Made by a program: the position numbers and the translations under genes. Source: Armatimonadota bacterium (GTDB lineage Bacteria; Armatimonadota; UBA5829; DSUL01). Taken from it: DNA of 64,000 nt. Positions within the stretch are counted from its first letter, which is position 1; each line of letters starts with the position of its first letter. Where the stretch lies: the NCBI GenBank assembly GCA_039811685.1, contig JBDHZC010000001.1:640001-704000 (forward strand). The letters are read 5' to 3'. The notes under the pieces were generated by a model. The model was not told the DNA's origin. It did not search any database and worked only from the letters and a program-made list of their open reading frames with translations. Below, in pieces: positions 49,939 to 60,195 of the stretch.

Positions 49939-50654
49939 GTGGGCCCCTGTTGCTCACCGCGTGTGCGAAGAACTCTGGCAGGAACGCCGCCGACTATCGC
50001 ATACTGAGGAACGTCTTTGGTGACAACCGCTCCGGCGGCGATTACGGCGCCCCGCCCCACTGTGACTCCATCCAACACGCAACAACTGGCTCCCAGCCAC
50101 ACATCGTCCTCAATGACAATGCCTTTGCGGGAAGTGCCCTGCCGCTTCATCGGAATATCCAGGCGCTCGATATTGTGCTGCTCAGCAAGAAGGCTGACAC
50201 GGGGGCCCATCATGACGTTAGAGCCTATCTTGATCCCTGCCGCCGCGCCGATATAAGCAAACGCTCCAATGTTGGAACCATTGCCAATCTCAAATCCGAC
50301 TCCGAGCTCTCCGCCGTAGTATCCTGACGGCCGGATCATGGCATAGCGCCCCATAGTGACGCTGTCGCCGATGCGCACACCATTCTGTGAAAGCCCCTGA
50401 ATTTCCGTGCAGTCCTCAGCTACAAAACCCCGCCCTACCTTCACGAGACGAGGATTTCGAATTGTGACGCTTTTGCCGATGAAAACCATCCCGCGAGACC
50501 CCCCCAGAAAGAGCCGCCGCCACGTCCCGCGGACCAGGGACAGCGACACTGTAAACAGCATCGCAAGAATGGCAGATGTAGGCATCCGTTCGTCAATCTT
50601 GAAGTCCGGGCTTTTTTTTGCGGCGCGCGCGAGCTTCATGACCAGGAAACGCAT
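49935..50654 (-). CDS. Hexapeptide-repeat (left-handed beta-helix) O-acyltransferase
   Basis: [39 protein letters not shown] overlap with the upstream gene. Confidence 0.92.
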   Translation of the reverse strand: MRFLVMKLARAAKKSPDFKIDERMPTSAILAMLFTVSLSLVRGTWRRLFLGGSRGMVFIGKSVTIRNPRLVKVGRGFVAEDCTEIQGLSQNGVRIGDSVTMGRYAMIRPSGYYGGELGVGFEIGNGSNIGAFAYIGAAAGIKIGSNVMMGPRVSLLAEQHNIERLDIPMKRQGTSRKGIVIEDDVWLGASCCVLDGVTVGRGAVIAAGAVVTKDVPQYAIVGGVPARVLRTRGEQQGPT

Positions 50655-51607
50655 CAGGGGATGTCTCCTTTCAGTCCAGCCCACGCGAGCATTGCGGCTT
50701 TGCGAGAGCAGCGTCCGACATACTCACTCTCAACGCGCCACTTGTCCCCACATCCTCGCATTGAGCGAATTTTGTGCAACAAGCTGCGAAGTCGCAAGCC
50801 AGCGCTGATGACAAGCATCATCGCCGCAGTTGAGATGCGCCCGTGGTCCCGACGATGCCAGCTAGCGATTGAATCAAGCCACATAGTGCTTACAGCGTGA
50901 GCGTCCCCTTTGGAACTGGCGCCCCATATGTGATAGACCGTGACCTGCGGCAGGTAATGGAGCTGGTAGCGGCGGCGTAGCGCTCGCTGGCACCACTCCA
51001 TATCCTCAGCAAACATGAACCAGGATTCATCCAGCGGGCCGACCTCGTTCCAGACCTCCCGGCGCGCTGCCAGACACGCCCCGGAAAGCCACTCCACTCT
51101 CACCGGATCTCGATACACGCCGGCTACCAGATTCATACCACGGAACAGACGGGATCTCGGGAACAGACGCGTGAGGAAGAAATACTGGCAGAACATCCTC
51201 CAAAACCCGGGTAGATACCCGCAGGAGGTCACTTGCAGCGTGCCGTCAGGCTGTGGCAGGTCCGGACACACTGCGCCCACACGGGGATTTTCGCGCAAAT
51301 AGGCGACAATCTTCTCCATAGCGCGCTCCACCACAACTGTATCTGGATTCAAAAGCGCGATGACGTCGCCGGCTGCCTGCTTCAGAGCAAGGTTGTTAGC
51401 GCGGGCGAATCCCAGATTTTCATCACTGGCGATCAGACGCACGTCTGGAAACTCTGCCTCTACCATCTCGACGGAGCCGTCACCGCTGGCATTGTCCACG
51501 ACAAACACTTCGTGCTCCAGATCTGGAGTCTGGTCATACAACGAGGTAAGACAGTCTCGAAGCAGATCTCTTGTGCGGTAATTGACGATGATTGTGCTCA
51601 GATCCAC
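50654..51607 (-). CDS. Glycosyltransferase family 2 (WbbL/rhamnosyltransferase-like)
   Basis: [34 protein letters not shown]. Confidence 0.92.
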   Translation of the reverse strand: MDLSTIIVNYRTRDLLRDCLTSLYDQTPDLEHEVFVVDNASGDGSVEMVEAEFPDVRLIASDENLGFARANNLALKQAAGDVIALLNPDTVVVERAMEKIVAYLRENPRVGAVCPDLPQPDGTLQVTSCGYLPGFWRMFCQYFFLTRLFPRSRLFRGMNLVAGVYRDPVRVEWLSGACLAARREVWNEVGPLDESWFMFAEDMEWCQRALRRRYQLHYLPQVTVYHIWGASSKGDAHAVSTMWLDSIASWHRRDHGRISTAAMMLVISAGLRLRSLLHKIRSMRGCGDKWRVESEYVGRCSRKAAMLAWAGLKGDIP

Positions 51608-51613
51608 GCGGAT

Positions 51614-52846
51614 TTATCCCTGAGCTGATCGGGCTGGAGCAGGCTTTTGAAACACTTCACGCTCATAGACATCCAGGAGTCTCCCGTCGGCAGCGCTCTG
51701 GCTGTGGCGTTCCTCGACCAGGCGCCTGCCTGCCCGGCCAATCTGCAAAGCCCGTTCTGGCGCTGACAACAAATCGCTCAGAGCTGCGGCAAACTCCTCG
51801 GCTGTATCGCCTATGATTACGTTCTCTCCATTGGTCAGATTCATTCCTTCCACGCCGACGGATGTTGTGACCACCGGGCGGCCAAACGCCATCGCTTCGA
51901 TGATTTTGCCCTTGATCCCGCTTCCAACACGCAGAGGGGCAATGGAGACGTTGGCGGACTGGATGAATGGCGCCACATCTGGGACGGCGCCCGTCACGGT
52001 TATGCCCGGAAGTGATCCCAACGCGGTCACTTCCGGGGGCGGTTGGCTTCCAACGATGGATAACTCTACGTCCGGATGGCGTCTTTGGACTTCTGGAAAA
52101 ATCTCTCGCGCGAACCATAGCATAGCGTCCACATTTGGATGGTGAGAGTAGGCGCCGACGTAGACCAACCTCTTTCCGGACGGCTCCGTCTCAGGTGGCC
52201 GGCAGACTTCAGTATCAATGCCTGTCGGCAATGTTATTGCCTGGTGCGCCCCGGCTGCGATAACCTCATCCCGGTCACGATCTGTTACGGCGAGAATCGT
52301 GTCCACACTGCGCAGAACCTGGCATTCTGCCCGTTCCGTCGCGAGCCAGATTCGCTTGAGCTTTGACGCTTTGGAGGCGGGAGCCGTATCATAATCGCGC
52401 TTGCGCCGTATGTATTCCACGTCGTGCTCCAGCACTACGCGCCGGTAGGGTTGTGCGTGAAGATCGCCAAGCGCGGCAAACCAGAAGTCGTAATGCACCA
52501 GGTCGGCATTGGTCTGAAGCGCACGGTTCTTCACAACCTCTGAGAAGCGCCCCGGGCAGCCGTAAAACGCATCTACAGGCCAGGATCGCAAGGCTGCCAT
52601 CGCCCTGTAGACTCCGCGATAGGCGACGCGGTGAAAAGGCGTTCTTCGGTGTGGCGCTTCGATTGTTATGAGATCACCGTAACGCCGCAGCTCTTCCAGA
52701 AGATTCCAGTCTGAGGCGGTTCGCGGTATTGTGACAAGAGTGACTTCGTGCCGCGCACTGAGCACCTCAAGGTGGCGCAACAGCCTGATCTTCGCTCCTC
52801 CGTCTGGAGGGAGTGGAAAGAGGGGGGCGGCAAAGACAATTCTCAA
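51614..52846 (-). CDS. Glycosyltransferase family 4
   Basis: PLPPDGG..R, PNVDA, GSGIKGKIIEAMAFG. Confidence 0.9.
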   Translation of the reverse strand: MRIVFAAPLFPLPPDGGAKIRLLRHLEVLSARHEVTLVTIPRTASDWNLLEELRRYGDLITIEAPHRRTPFHRVAYRGVYRAMAALRSWPVDAFYGCPGRFSEVVKNRALQTNADLVHYDFWFAALGDLHAQPYRRVVLEHDVEYIRRKRDYDTAPASKASKLKRIWLATERAECQVLRSVDTILAVTDRDRDEVIAAGAHQAITLPTGIDTEVCRPPETEPSGKRLVYVGAYSHHPNVDAMLWFAREIFPEVQRRHPDVELSIVGSQPPPEVTALGSLPGITVTGAVPDVAPFIQSANVSIAPLRVGSGIKGKIIEAMAFGRPVVTTSVGVEGMNLTNGENVIIGDTAEEFAAALSDLLSAPERALQIGRAGRRLVEERHSQSAADGRLLDVYEREVFQKPAPARSAQG

Positions 52847-53850
52847 GCGCGAGCCTCCCAGCTCTGAACGCCAGACAACTCAAATCCGAACTCTACCACC
52901 TGTCCCCCTGCTCGCTCCAACGCTTCAGCGACTTTGTGTTTCCTCGGAAAATCGCAATAAAACAGCAGGTATCCACCGCCACCCGCCCCTAGAACTTTTC
53001 CACCAATCGCGCCCGCCTGTCTGCCTACTTCATACAGATCGTCTATCTGCGAGTTGGATATTTGCGGGTCCAGCTTTTTCTTGGCCTCCCAGGCAACGTG
53101 CAACAGATCTCCGAAGTCTCTCAATCGACCACGCAGGAGATGGTTCTTCATCTCCGTGGCAATGACTTTGGACTGATCCAGACTCTGGATGACCTGATCC
53201 GCGTGAGCCGTAGCGGCCCCGATCTGTCTGTCCAGAATGTTTGCCGAAGGTCTCGTCTTGCCGGTATAGCAGAGAAGTAGATTGTACTGGAGCTCGTTCA
53301 GACTCTGGGATGGGATACGAAGTGGATTGACAACGACCGCATTTGCACTGAACTCAATGAAATTGAACCCACCAAATGCGGCCGCATACTGGTCCTGCAT
53401 GCCACCCTTAATGCCTACGTCCATGCGCTCGATCTTGTAAGCGACCTGTGCGAGTTCATAGGTGGAGAGAGGCTCCCGGTACAGTGCGGCCAGAGCGCCA
53501 AGCAGAGCCACGACCATGGTAGAGGAGGAGCCCAGGCCGGACCCGGGAGGTGCATCTGAGTGCAGAAAGAGATCCATCCCGCGCCCGTTACCAAAGTGGT
53601 TGATGGCCCCCTTTACAATGTCCAGCTCCCCGTCGTAGACAAACTCTCTGTCAGCGTTGTACTTGGCTACGATGTCGTAGTCCAGGCTCGTTACGGAGAT
53701 CTCGCTGGTGTTCGTCTGATTGACTGTGGCGTAGGCGTACTTGTTAATGGTCGTAGACAGCACAACGCCACCCCGCTCTTCAAGGTAAGGAGAGACGTCC
53801 GTTCCTCCTCCTGCAAAGCTGATGCGCAGCGGGGCTTTACTTCGAATCAT
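52843..53850 (-). CDS. hddA: GHMP sugar kinase, D-glycero-D-manno-heptose 7-phosphate kinase-like
   Basis: APLRISFAGGGTD, PPGSGLGSS, QDQYAAAFGG, GAGGGG. Confidence 0.85.
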   Translation of the reverse strand: MIRSKAPLRISFAGGGTDVSPYLEERGGVVLSTTINKYAYATVNQTNTSEISVTSLDYDIVAKYNADREFVYDGELDIVKGAINHFGNGRGMDLFLHSDAPPGSGLGSSSTMVVALLGALAALYREPLSTYELAQVAYKIERMDVGIKGGMQDQYAAAFGGFNFIEFSANAVVVNPLRIPSQSLNELQYNLLLCYTGKTRPSANILDRQIGAATAHADQVIQSLDQSKVIATEMKNHLLRGRLRDFGDLLHVAWEAKKKLDPQISNSQIDDLYEVGRQAGAIGGKVLGAGGGGYLLFYCDFPRKHKVAEALERAGGQVVEFGFELSGVQSWEARA

Positions 53851-54353
53851 GCAGTCCTCCCGATTCCAATCGTTCTCCAGGCGGCGCCCGTCCGGACTCA
53901 GAGAACTAATCTTCTACAACAGCCTGTAGAACCCTGCCACCCGAGGAGTCAATCTCAGGACTGGCCACCACTTGTTAGTATCCGTACACGGCGCAAGATG
54001 CGGGCATCTTTTTCTCAACGGAGCGACAAAGAACGACTCCAGCATTTCCGCGGACGAAAGGTGTCTCACGCCAGGAAGCGGGCATCGTCGCTCCAGAAGC
54101 GAAAATCCAGACAGGAGAGTGAGCAGACTTCCGGAAGCCTTCTTCGTTGTCCAGAGGTGTACTCCAAGAACGCGGCCCGAAATTTCCATCAGGGATATCT
54201 ACGCAGGCTTGTCTCTGCCAGTTTCCACATCAGCTCTGTGAATTGGCGGAAACAGGTCACTCAGCGTGGCGCCCCAAGGCTGTGAACCCGATGACAAGGG
54301 GTCTCCATCACTGTCGGTGAGCAGGCGCATCAGGACATACGCGCCTTGTGGGC

Positions 54354-56534
54354 TCAGCGCACGCGAATCGAGCAGCGAAGGTTACGCGTCTCTCCAGGCT
54401 GCAAGTTGGTAAGAGTCCAGGTCACCTTGCTGGTTGTCTCCGAATACACTCCCGATGGAACAGCGCTACCGGCAATGTAGTCTGTTCCGGCTGGTATGTC
54501 GAAAGAGACATCCGCTTTGGCGACTGCGTCCACGCTTTTGTTTTTGCAGGCGATGTTGTAGACAACTGTCTGTCCGGGCTGGGCGCTTCCGGAATCACTG
54601 GTCACGCGCATGTCGATCGGATTGGGCGCAGGCGGTGATGATGCCAGTATCGCGTGCCCTTTGGGCATGTCGATAACCGTCAGTGAATGCGCAGGGAAGA
54701 CATACGTGAAAGCAGAGTCGTCCAACTGAAGCGCGCTCTGCGTGGTCTGCACAGTAGACGGGTTGTCTTCGTTATAGGCTTCCATTCCCGCGCTGCTGTT
54801 GAGCGTGTAGACCGTGGCAGAGGTTTCTGGCGTGAAGCCACCGAGAGTGATTGCAGCTGACTCAGCGACGGAAGGCGATGAGTTCACAACAAACAGCTTG
54901 ACTGAACCATCCAGAGGATTGCGCACGGCGACGGCGTCCAGATTCGACTGGGCTGTCATAGTGAGTGGTAGCAGGTCCCCGCGACCCAGCGTGCTGTACA
55001 GCTTCATCGCAAGATAGGTTGGAGTCACTCCAACTCGGTTTCGCCCGTCCAGCGCAGTGTCGTCGAAGACCATTCTCATAAGGCTCGTTTCAAACCACGC
55101 TCCTGCTTCGGCAAAGTATATCTGATGCACTGCCATCATCCCGAGCCGCAGATAAACATTCATGAGCCTTGCAATGGCTAATCCCGACTTCAACCGGTGT
55201 TCGTGCACTTTGTACTTTTCATCTGCACCGAAGTAGAGTCCGTACTTCACGTTCGATTCAGTGATCATCACAGGCTTGAGATAGTCCTGCATGAAGGGCC
55301 TTGTCACCTGTTCCAGTTGCGTCTGCATAGCAAAAAGCTGAGCGTATTCGCTGTTCGGGTTAGTGAGGTTTGGTTCGTCGGGGCTGTTTTCGACGTGCCA
55401 GATAATGAAGTCCGCGGCGTTGTAAGCAGTCGAATAGTTACCCGGAGTCCCCAGAACTCCTTTGGTCCAGTCTGCGTGTGAAGGGTAGTAGTTGCGCCAT
55501 CCAGAATAACGCGGTCCCGGTACGGCGATTCCGCATTTGATGGTCGGATCAATTGCCTTCATCTTGTTCACGATCTTGACGAAGTTGTCCCTGTACGCTG
55601 GAGGGTCGGCCCAGACATTGCGTGGCGTGCGGCCCCACCACGCGTGAATTTCGTTGCCAATCTCCCAGTATTTGACGTTGTACGGCTCAGCGTGCCCGAA
55701 GTATTCGCGGAGCCACGCGAAATATCCCGCTGGCGCGGCTTCCGTCGACAGCCATGACCTTCCGGGTACTGCTATCTCCTCCGCCGGCAGCAGCTTCCAA
55801 AAGCTGGCGTAGCGGTTGTCAAAGCCAGGCCGGTTGATGTCAGATCCCCGATGCGGCTGAATGCACTGGTACAGACCACCGTGCGCATCACCCGCCCGCA
55901 CTTTGTCCCCAAACTGATACATCGTACCCGCCTGCCAGAGCGGAAATCCAATTGCTGAGGGACTGAAAGTAGTCGGCTGCCATCCGCGCTGTTGACCGTA
56001 GGCAAGGCCCGGACTCTGTCCGTTACAGTACTCAACCCAGTTCGCACAGAGTTGATCTCCGATTGGAGCGTTTGGGACGTGGGCTCGTTCGGCCAGGTAC
56101 GGAGCCACTATAACAGGCTCCGCCTGAATGGCACGGCACACGGAGATGAACTCGTCTGTCCCAAAGTCGTTGGTCCAAATCGTGTTCGTGTAGTGAGAAA
56201 ACGCCCGTCCCGGGCGGTCGACAAAAGGCCCGATGCCATCTCTGAAGTTGTAGACGTTATCTCCGTGGAAGCGCAGTGTAGAAAGCTTCATTTCACGGGC
56301 TTTTTGCAGGACGAACTCGCTGTACTTCAGCGGTTGGTTCAGCCGCCCATAGCTGTTTTCCATGATGCCCGCTCCCTGTCGAGGCCAGGGAATCTGAGAA
56401 CCGTAGACGAGCGGACTGATTGGCTTGCCAGCTGCGGAGGCGTCGACAGTGATGCCCGCTGACGCAGGGGCGGCAATCAGACAGACGAACGCGCAGGCCA
56501 GGGCCGTTTTTGGGGCGTGGACAGTGTGGGGCAT
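54354..56534 (-). CDS. Secreted GH51-like (arabinofuranosidase-like) hydrolase with an inserted CBM5/12-like module and C-terminal DUF11-like domain
   Basis: ISPLVYG, FGTDEF, NWVEYCN, GHAEPYNVKYWEIGNE, ITE, FPAHSLTV. Confidence 0.82.
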   Translation of the reverse strand: MPHTVHAPKTALACAFVCLIAAPASAGITVDASAAGKPISPLVYGSQIPWPRQGAGIMENSYGRLNQPLKYSEFVLQKAREMKLSTLRFHGDNVYNFRDGIGPFVDRPGRAFSHYTNTIWTNDFGTDEFISVCRAIQAEPVIVAPYLAERAHVPNAPIGDQLCANWVEYCNGQSPGLAYGQQRGWQPTTFSPSAIGFPLWQAGTMYQFGDKVRAGDAHGGLYQCIQPHRGSDINRPGFDNRYASFWKLLPAEEIAVPGRSWLSTEAAPAGYFAWLREYFGHAEPYNVKYWEIGNEIHAWWGRTPRNVWADPPAYRDNFVKIVNKMKAIDPTIKCGIAVPGPRYSGWRNYYPSHADWTKGVLGTPGNYSTAYNAADFIIWHVENSPDEPNLTNPNSEYAQLFAMQTQLEQVTRPFMQDYLKPVMITESNVKYGLYFGADEKYKVHEHRLKSGLAIARLMNVYLRLGMMAVHQIYFAEAGAWFETSLMRMVFDDTALDGRNRVGVTPTYLAMKLYSTLGRGDLLPLTMTAQSNLDAVAVRNPLDGSVKLFVVNSSPSVAESAAITLGGFTPETSATVYTLNSSAGMEAYNEDNPSTVQTTQSALQLDDSAFTYVFPAHSLTVIDMPKGHAILASSPPAPNPIDMRVTSDSGSAQPGQTVVYNIACKNKSVDAVAKADVSFDIPAGTDYIAGSAVPSGVYSETTSKVTWTLTNLQPGETRNLRCSIRVR

Positions 56535-56873
56535 GAAAATCACCTTCTACAGGGGTTATGCCAGATATCCCTCGTCGAAAAAACCCGGCGTACTACGAGG
56601 ATTTGACGCCCGTGACTCGGTTTCCGTCACACTCTGCTACGCCCAGGGATGAAACACCTTCGAACATTAGCCGCTACTCTGGAGCAACCCGTGAATTTTT
56701 GTCAGTTCTCTGGAAAAAACGGCCAGCGCAACTTCAGTCAGAATAGTTGATTCTCACGCGATGTTACGTGCGCGCGAGAGCTATTGTTGGTCTCGCACCT
56801 CATCCACAAACAATTAGGGAAGCACTAGATTATCGAGGCTTGCGCATGCACACGCAGCAGATACCACTAGGAT

Positions 56874-57311
56874 TCAGGCAGGCGGTTCAAGCTGTGATGT
56901 GCAGTGCGGGCAGCGAGTCGCCTTTGCAGGCACCGAACTCAGGCAAAACGGACATGTGGATTCGGAAGGGGCTGCTTCAGGTTGTTTGCGCATTGCGTTA
57001 ACGGCCTTGACGATGAAGAACAGCACAAGCGAGACAATCAGAAAGTTGATGAGCGTATTCAAGAACTGTCCGTATCTGATAACAGGCGCCCCAGCCCCGA
57101 CGGCTTCACCCAGGCTGGCATATTCCTTCCCGGAGAGGTTGACGTACAGGTTCGAGAAGTCCACATGCCCCAGTATTAGTCCAATGGGAGGAGTGATAAC
57201 GTCTGCAACCAGTGACGAGACAACAGCCCCAAAGGCCACACCCAGGATAATGCCAATGGCCATATCCAGCATGTTGCCCTTCATAATGAACTCTTTGAAC
57301 TCTTTGATCAT
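56874..57311 (-). CDS. mscL: Large-conductance mechanosensitive channel
   Basis: EFKEFIMKGNMLDMAIG, YGQFL..INF, C-terminal CPFC..CPHC. Confidence 0.95.
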   Translation of the reverse strand: MIKEFKEFIMKGNMLDMAIGIILGVAFGAVVSSLVADVITPPIGLILGHVDFSNLYVNLSGKEYASLGEAVGAGAPVIRYGQFLNTLINFLIVSLVLFFIVKAVNAMRKQPEAAPSESTCPFCLSSVPAKATRCPHCTSQLEPPA

Positions 57312-57473
57312 GTCTTGACTCCTGCTTCTATGAAGGTAGAACGCCACGCCGTTTTCAGCCCGACCTACCAGGTGTACGCAACGGAAGCTGAAACTCTTTG
57401 GCGTATTCTATCACTGCCCCGGCCTTGCGCCAAGTCCGCAGGCGAATTCGCAGAGTGTGAGGAATGTTAGGGC

Positions 57474-57746
57474 ATGCATAGCCTGGATGGTAAAAAGGTC
57501 TATCTGAAGTTCGACAGCGGAAAGGGCGGTGAGGGTGATTATCGCATCGTTTCCGTTGAGGGCGGGTTGATGAAGGTGCGCGCGATTGATCCCGACCTGG
57601 GCGAAGAAGCCGACGCGTTCTGGTTTCCCATTACTCACGTCTTTACGATCCGTGAAAAGCCCGAAACAGAGGAGCGCGGCGGGCGCTTTCACGACGATAT
57701 TCTGGAGGCCTGGTCACGGCTCGGCGACGAGGAAGGACCGGATTAG
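57474..57746 (+). CDS. Hypothetical 90-aa protein, possible small beta-barrel (Sm/SH3-like)
   Basis: GAGGA upstream; protein-like composition; fills the gap between mscL and czcD. Confidence 0.65.
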   Translation: MHSLDGKKVYLKFDSGKGGEGDYRIVSVEGGLMKVRAIDPDLGEEADAFWFPITHVFTIREKPETEERGGRFHDDILEAWSRLGDEEGPD

Positions 57747-57802
57747 CTGCACGGCAGATAGAGGGTTGCCACGGCTGCGGGTGTAATCAAGGGACGAACT
57801 CC

Positions 57803-58729
57803 CTACGCACGCCTCTGAACGCCAACAGTAGCCAGCGCGCATCCGGTTTCTGCTGAGCAGGCGTGGCTTTCAATCTGAACCGTGGAATGAGTAATTCCGA
57901 AGCGTTCTTCCAGCATCCTTGAAAGCGCTGTGGGCAGGTGTCGGGCGTCGGTGACGTTTTCGTCGATGACCACATGCGCAGTTAGACTGTCCAGACCGCT
58001 GGATATCGACCACACGTGCAAATCGTGTACGGCACTCACGCCCGGTGACTGCTCAAGCGCTCGCTGAATCTCGTCCAGACTGAGACCGTGTGGGACACTC
58101 TCCAGGAGAATGCTCACGCTTTCACTTAGCAGACTCCACGCACGTGGAAGCACCCACAGTCCGATCAGAACGGCAAGAACCGGATCTGTCTGCCACCAAC
58201 CTGTCAGTCTGATGACGACCGCCCCGAGGATCACCGCCAGTGACCCCAGCATGTCACTCAGGACTTCCAGATAGGCTGCTTTCAGATTCAGACTATCGCT
58301 GGCGCCAGACTGCAGAACCCGCCAACTTGTGAAGTTGGCAATGAGACCCACAACGGCGACGCCAAGCATCCATCCACTTTTGAGCTCCGCAGGGCTGTGA
58401 AGTCTCCGGTATGCTTCGACAAGAATCAAAAAACCAACAACGATCAGCACGGCCGCGTTCACGGCAGCCGCCAGTATCTCAAAACGGTAGTATCCGTACG
58501 TGCGGTGACTGTCTGCCGGCCGCCTGGCCAGCCTGAGCGCGACGATTGCGATCACCAACGCTGAAGCATCGGTAAACATGTGAGCGGCGTCAGACAGCAG
58601 TGCAAGTGACCCGGTGAATATTCCGGCCGCGATTTCAACAGCGAGGTAGGTTGCAGTGACTGCCAGAGCAATGCGGAGGGCGCGCTCTGATGCACCCGCG
58701 GTATGACTGTGCGTATGTTCCGAACTCAT
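57803..58729 (-). CDS. czcD: Cation diffusion facilitator (Zn/Co/Cd efflux)
   Basis: His-rich N-terminus; SLALLSDAAHMFTD; TYGYYRFE; HDLHVW; HSTVQIE. Confidence 0.92.
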   Translation of the reverse strand: MSSEHTHSHTAGASERALRIALAVTATYLAVEIAAGIFTGSLALLSDAAHMFTDASALVIAIVALRLARRPADSHRTYGYYRFEILAAAVNAAVLIVVGFLILVEAYRRLHSPAELKSGWMLGVAVVGLIANFTSWRVLQSGASDSLNLKAAYLEVLSDMLGSLAVILGAVVIRLTGWWQTDPVLAVLIGLWVLPRAWSLLSESVSILLESVPHGLSLDEIQRALEQSPGVSAVHDLHVWSISSGLDSLTAHVVIDENVTDARHLPTALSRMLEERFGITHSTVQIESHACSAETGCALATVGVQRRA

Positions 58730-58889
58730 AGATGCCCTGCTGAGAGGTGGATTGTAGTTTCTTTTACCCGTAAAAGCTCACGCCAGGCAGCCGTCCACGC
58801 CATAGAAACTATCTTGCGGGCCAACGATCTCGATAGCTTGCAGGACTCTTGCGCGTGCTCCACACAGGTCAAACAGGCGAAAGCAGGAA

Positions 58890-59957
58890 TCAGGCCCCGG
58901 AAGTGACCGGTAGAGATCTGAGGCTATCTGCGGCGAGATGAATGAGTTCCACCGTTTTCTCCCATCCGATGCAGCCGTCCGTGATCGACACTCCGTACTG
59001 CAACTTGGATTTGTCCGCGGGTATCTTCTGACTGCCTTCGCTGAGGTTGCTCTCCAGCATCATACCCAGAAGATTCTCTCCTCCCGAGACAATCTGATCG
59101 ACTACACTCCTCCACACCTCTTCCTGCCGCCAATACTGCTTGTTGGAATTGGCATGGCTGCAATCCACCATCACCCGGTGAGTGATTCCCCGCTTGCGAA
59201 ACTGCTCAGCAGCCGCGGCGATGCTGGCGCTGTCGTAATTAGGACCAGACCTGCCACCGCGCAAAATCAGATGCCCGAGCGGATTGCCTTTTGTATTGAC
59301 AATGCACGTCTGCCCGTCCATATCAATGCCCAGAAAACTGTGAGAGTGGCGTGATGCTTCAACGGCATCAATAGCCGTCTGGATATCTCCATCCGTGCTG
59401 TTTTTGTATCCGATAGGCATGGAGAGACCGCTGGCCATCTGACGATGAGTCTGCGACTCCGTAGTCCGTGCGCCTATGGAGGCCCAGGTCACGAGGTCTG
59501 AGAAGTAAGGCGGGCTGATCGGGTCAAGCATTTCGGTGCCTGCTGGCAATCCCATTTCCCCGAGCTGAAGAATCAGCTTTCTAGCCTTTCGCAAACCCGA
59601 TGCAATGTCAAAGGTGCCATCCATGTTTGGGTCGTTGATGAGCCCCTTCCAGCCGATTGTTGTACGAGGTTTCTCGAAATACACCCGCATTACAATCATC
59701 AACTGATCGCTAACCTCTCTGGACAACTTCAGGAGGCGCTCTGCGTATTCGAGAGCCGCGACCTCATCGTGGATAGAACACGGGCCAACTACGACAAGCA
59801 GGCGCGAGTCTTCACCCCGCAGCATACGCGCAATTGCAGCGCGCCCCTCGATGACAGTGCGGTTAACAGCCTCGCTTTGGGGAAGCTCATCCCGGAGGGC
59901 ACGCGGAGGGACGAGTGGCACAGTGCTAACGATGTTGATGAACTGAGTGGTCTGCAA
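58890..59957 (-). CDS. 3-deoxy-7-phosphoheptulonate synthase, class I-alpha (AroF/G/H type)
   Basis: GPCSIHD, RVYFEKPRT, IGARTTESQ, DCSHANS, SITDGC. Start placed at TTG 59957. Confidence 0.93.
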   Translation of the reverse strand: MQTTQFINIVSTVPLVPPRALRDELPQSEAVNRTVIEGRAAIARMLRGEDSRLLVVVGPCSIHDEVAALEYAERLLKLSREVSDQLMIVMRVYFEKPRTTIGWKGLINDPNMDGTFDIASGLRKARKLILQLGEMGLPAGTEMLDPISPPYFSDLVTWASIGARTTESQTHRQMASGLSMPIGYKNSTDGDIQTAIDAVEASRHSHSFLGIDMDGQTCIVNTKGNPLGHLILRGGRSGPNYDSASIAAAAEQFRKRGITHRVMVDCSHANSNKQYWRQEEVWRSVVDQIVSGGENLLGMMLESNLSEGSQKIPADKSKLQYGVSITDGCIGWEKTVELIHLAADSLRSLPVTSGA

Positions 59958-60045
59958 ACTGGGAATGCCTTTGCGCGAGATTTCTGCCCCCTGCACTGAC
60001 CGTGAAAGAACGCAGAAAGCAGTGAAGTAACTCTTTTCTTCTTTT

Positions 60046-60054
60046 ATTATATCA
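60046..60054 (-). promoter_or_regulatory. Extended -10 promoter for the DAHP synthase
   Basis: TGATATAAT, a perfect TGnTATAAT. Its position argues against the 60131 start in the ORF track. Confidence 0.65.
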
Positions 60055-60195
60055 AACTGTTGGTGTCTTCTCCGCAGGTCTGCCCGGGCGGGCAGATTCT
60101 GGGAAGACTCAGTCGCCGCCAGCCGCAGCAAAATTGGTAGTATCCTGTGCGATTATGCTACACTCGGTGTTGCCATTCTTGAAGGAGGAGCCGTT

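Noticed and set aside
53914..54189. 91-aa minus-strand ORF before hddA
   Set aside because: Atypical composition, no RBS, and overlaps RNA-like hairpins.
56874..56960. Zinc-ribbon tail on MscL
   Set aside because: CPxC..CPxC tails are common in MscL proteins from many phyla.
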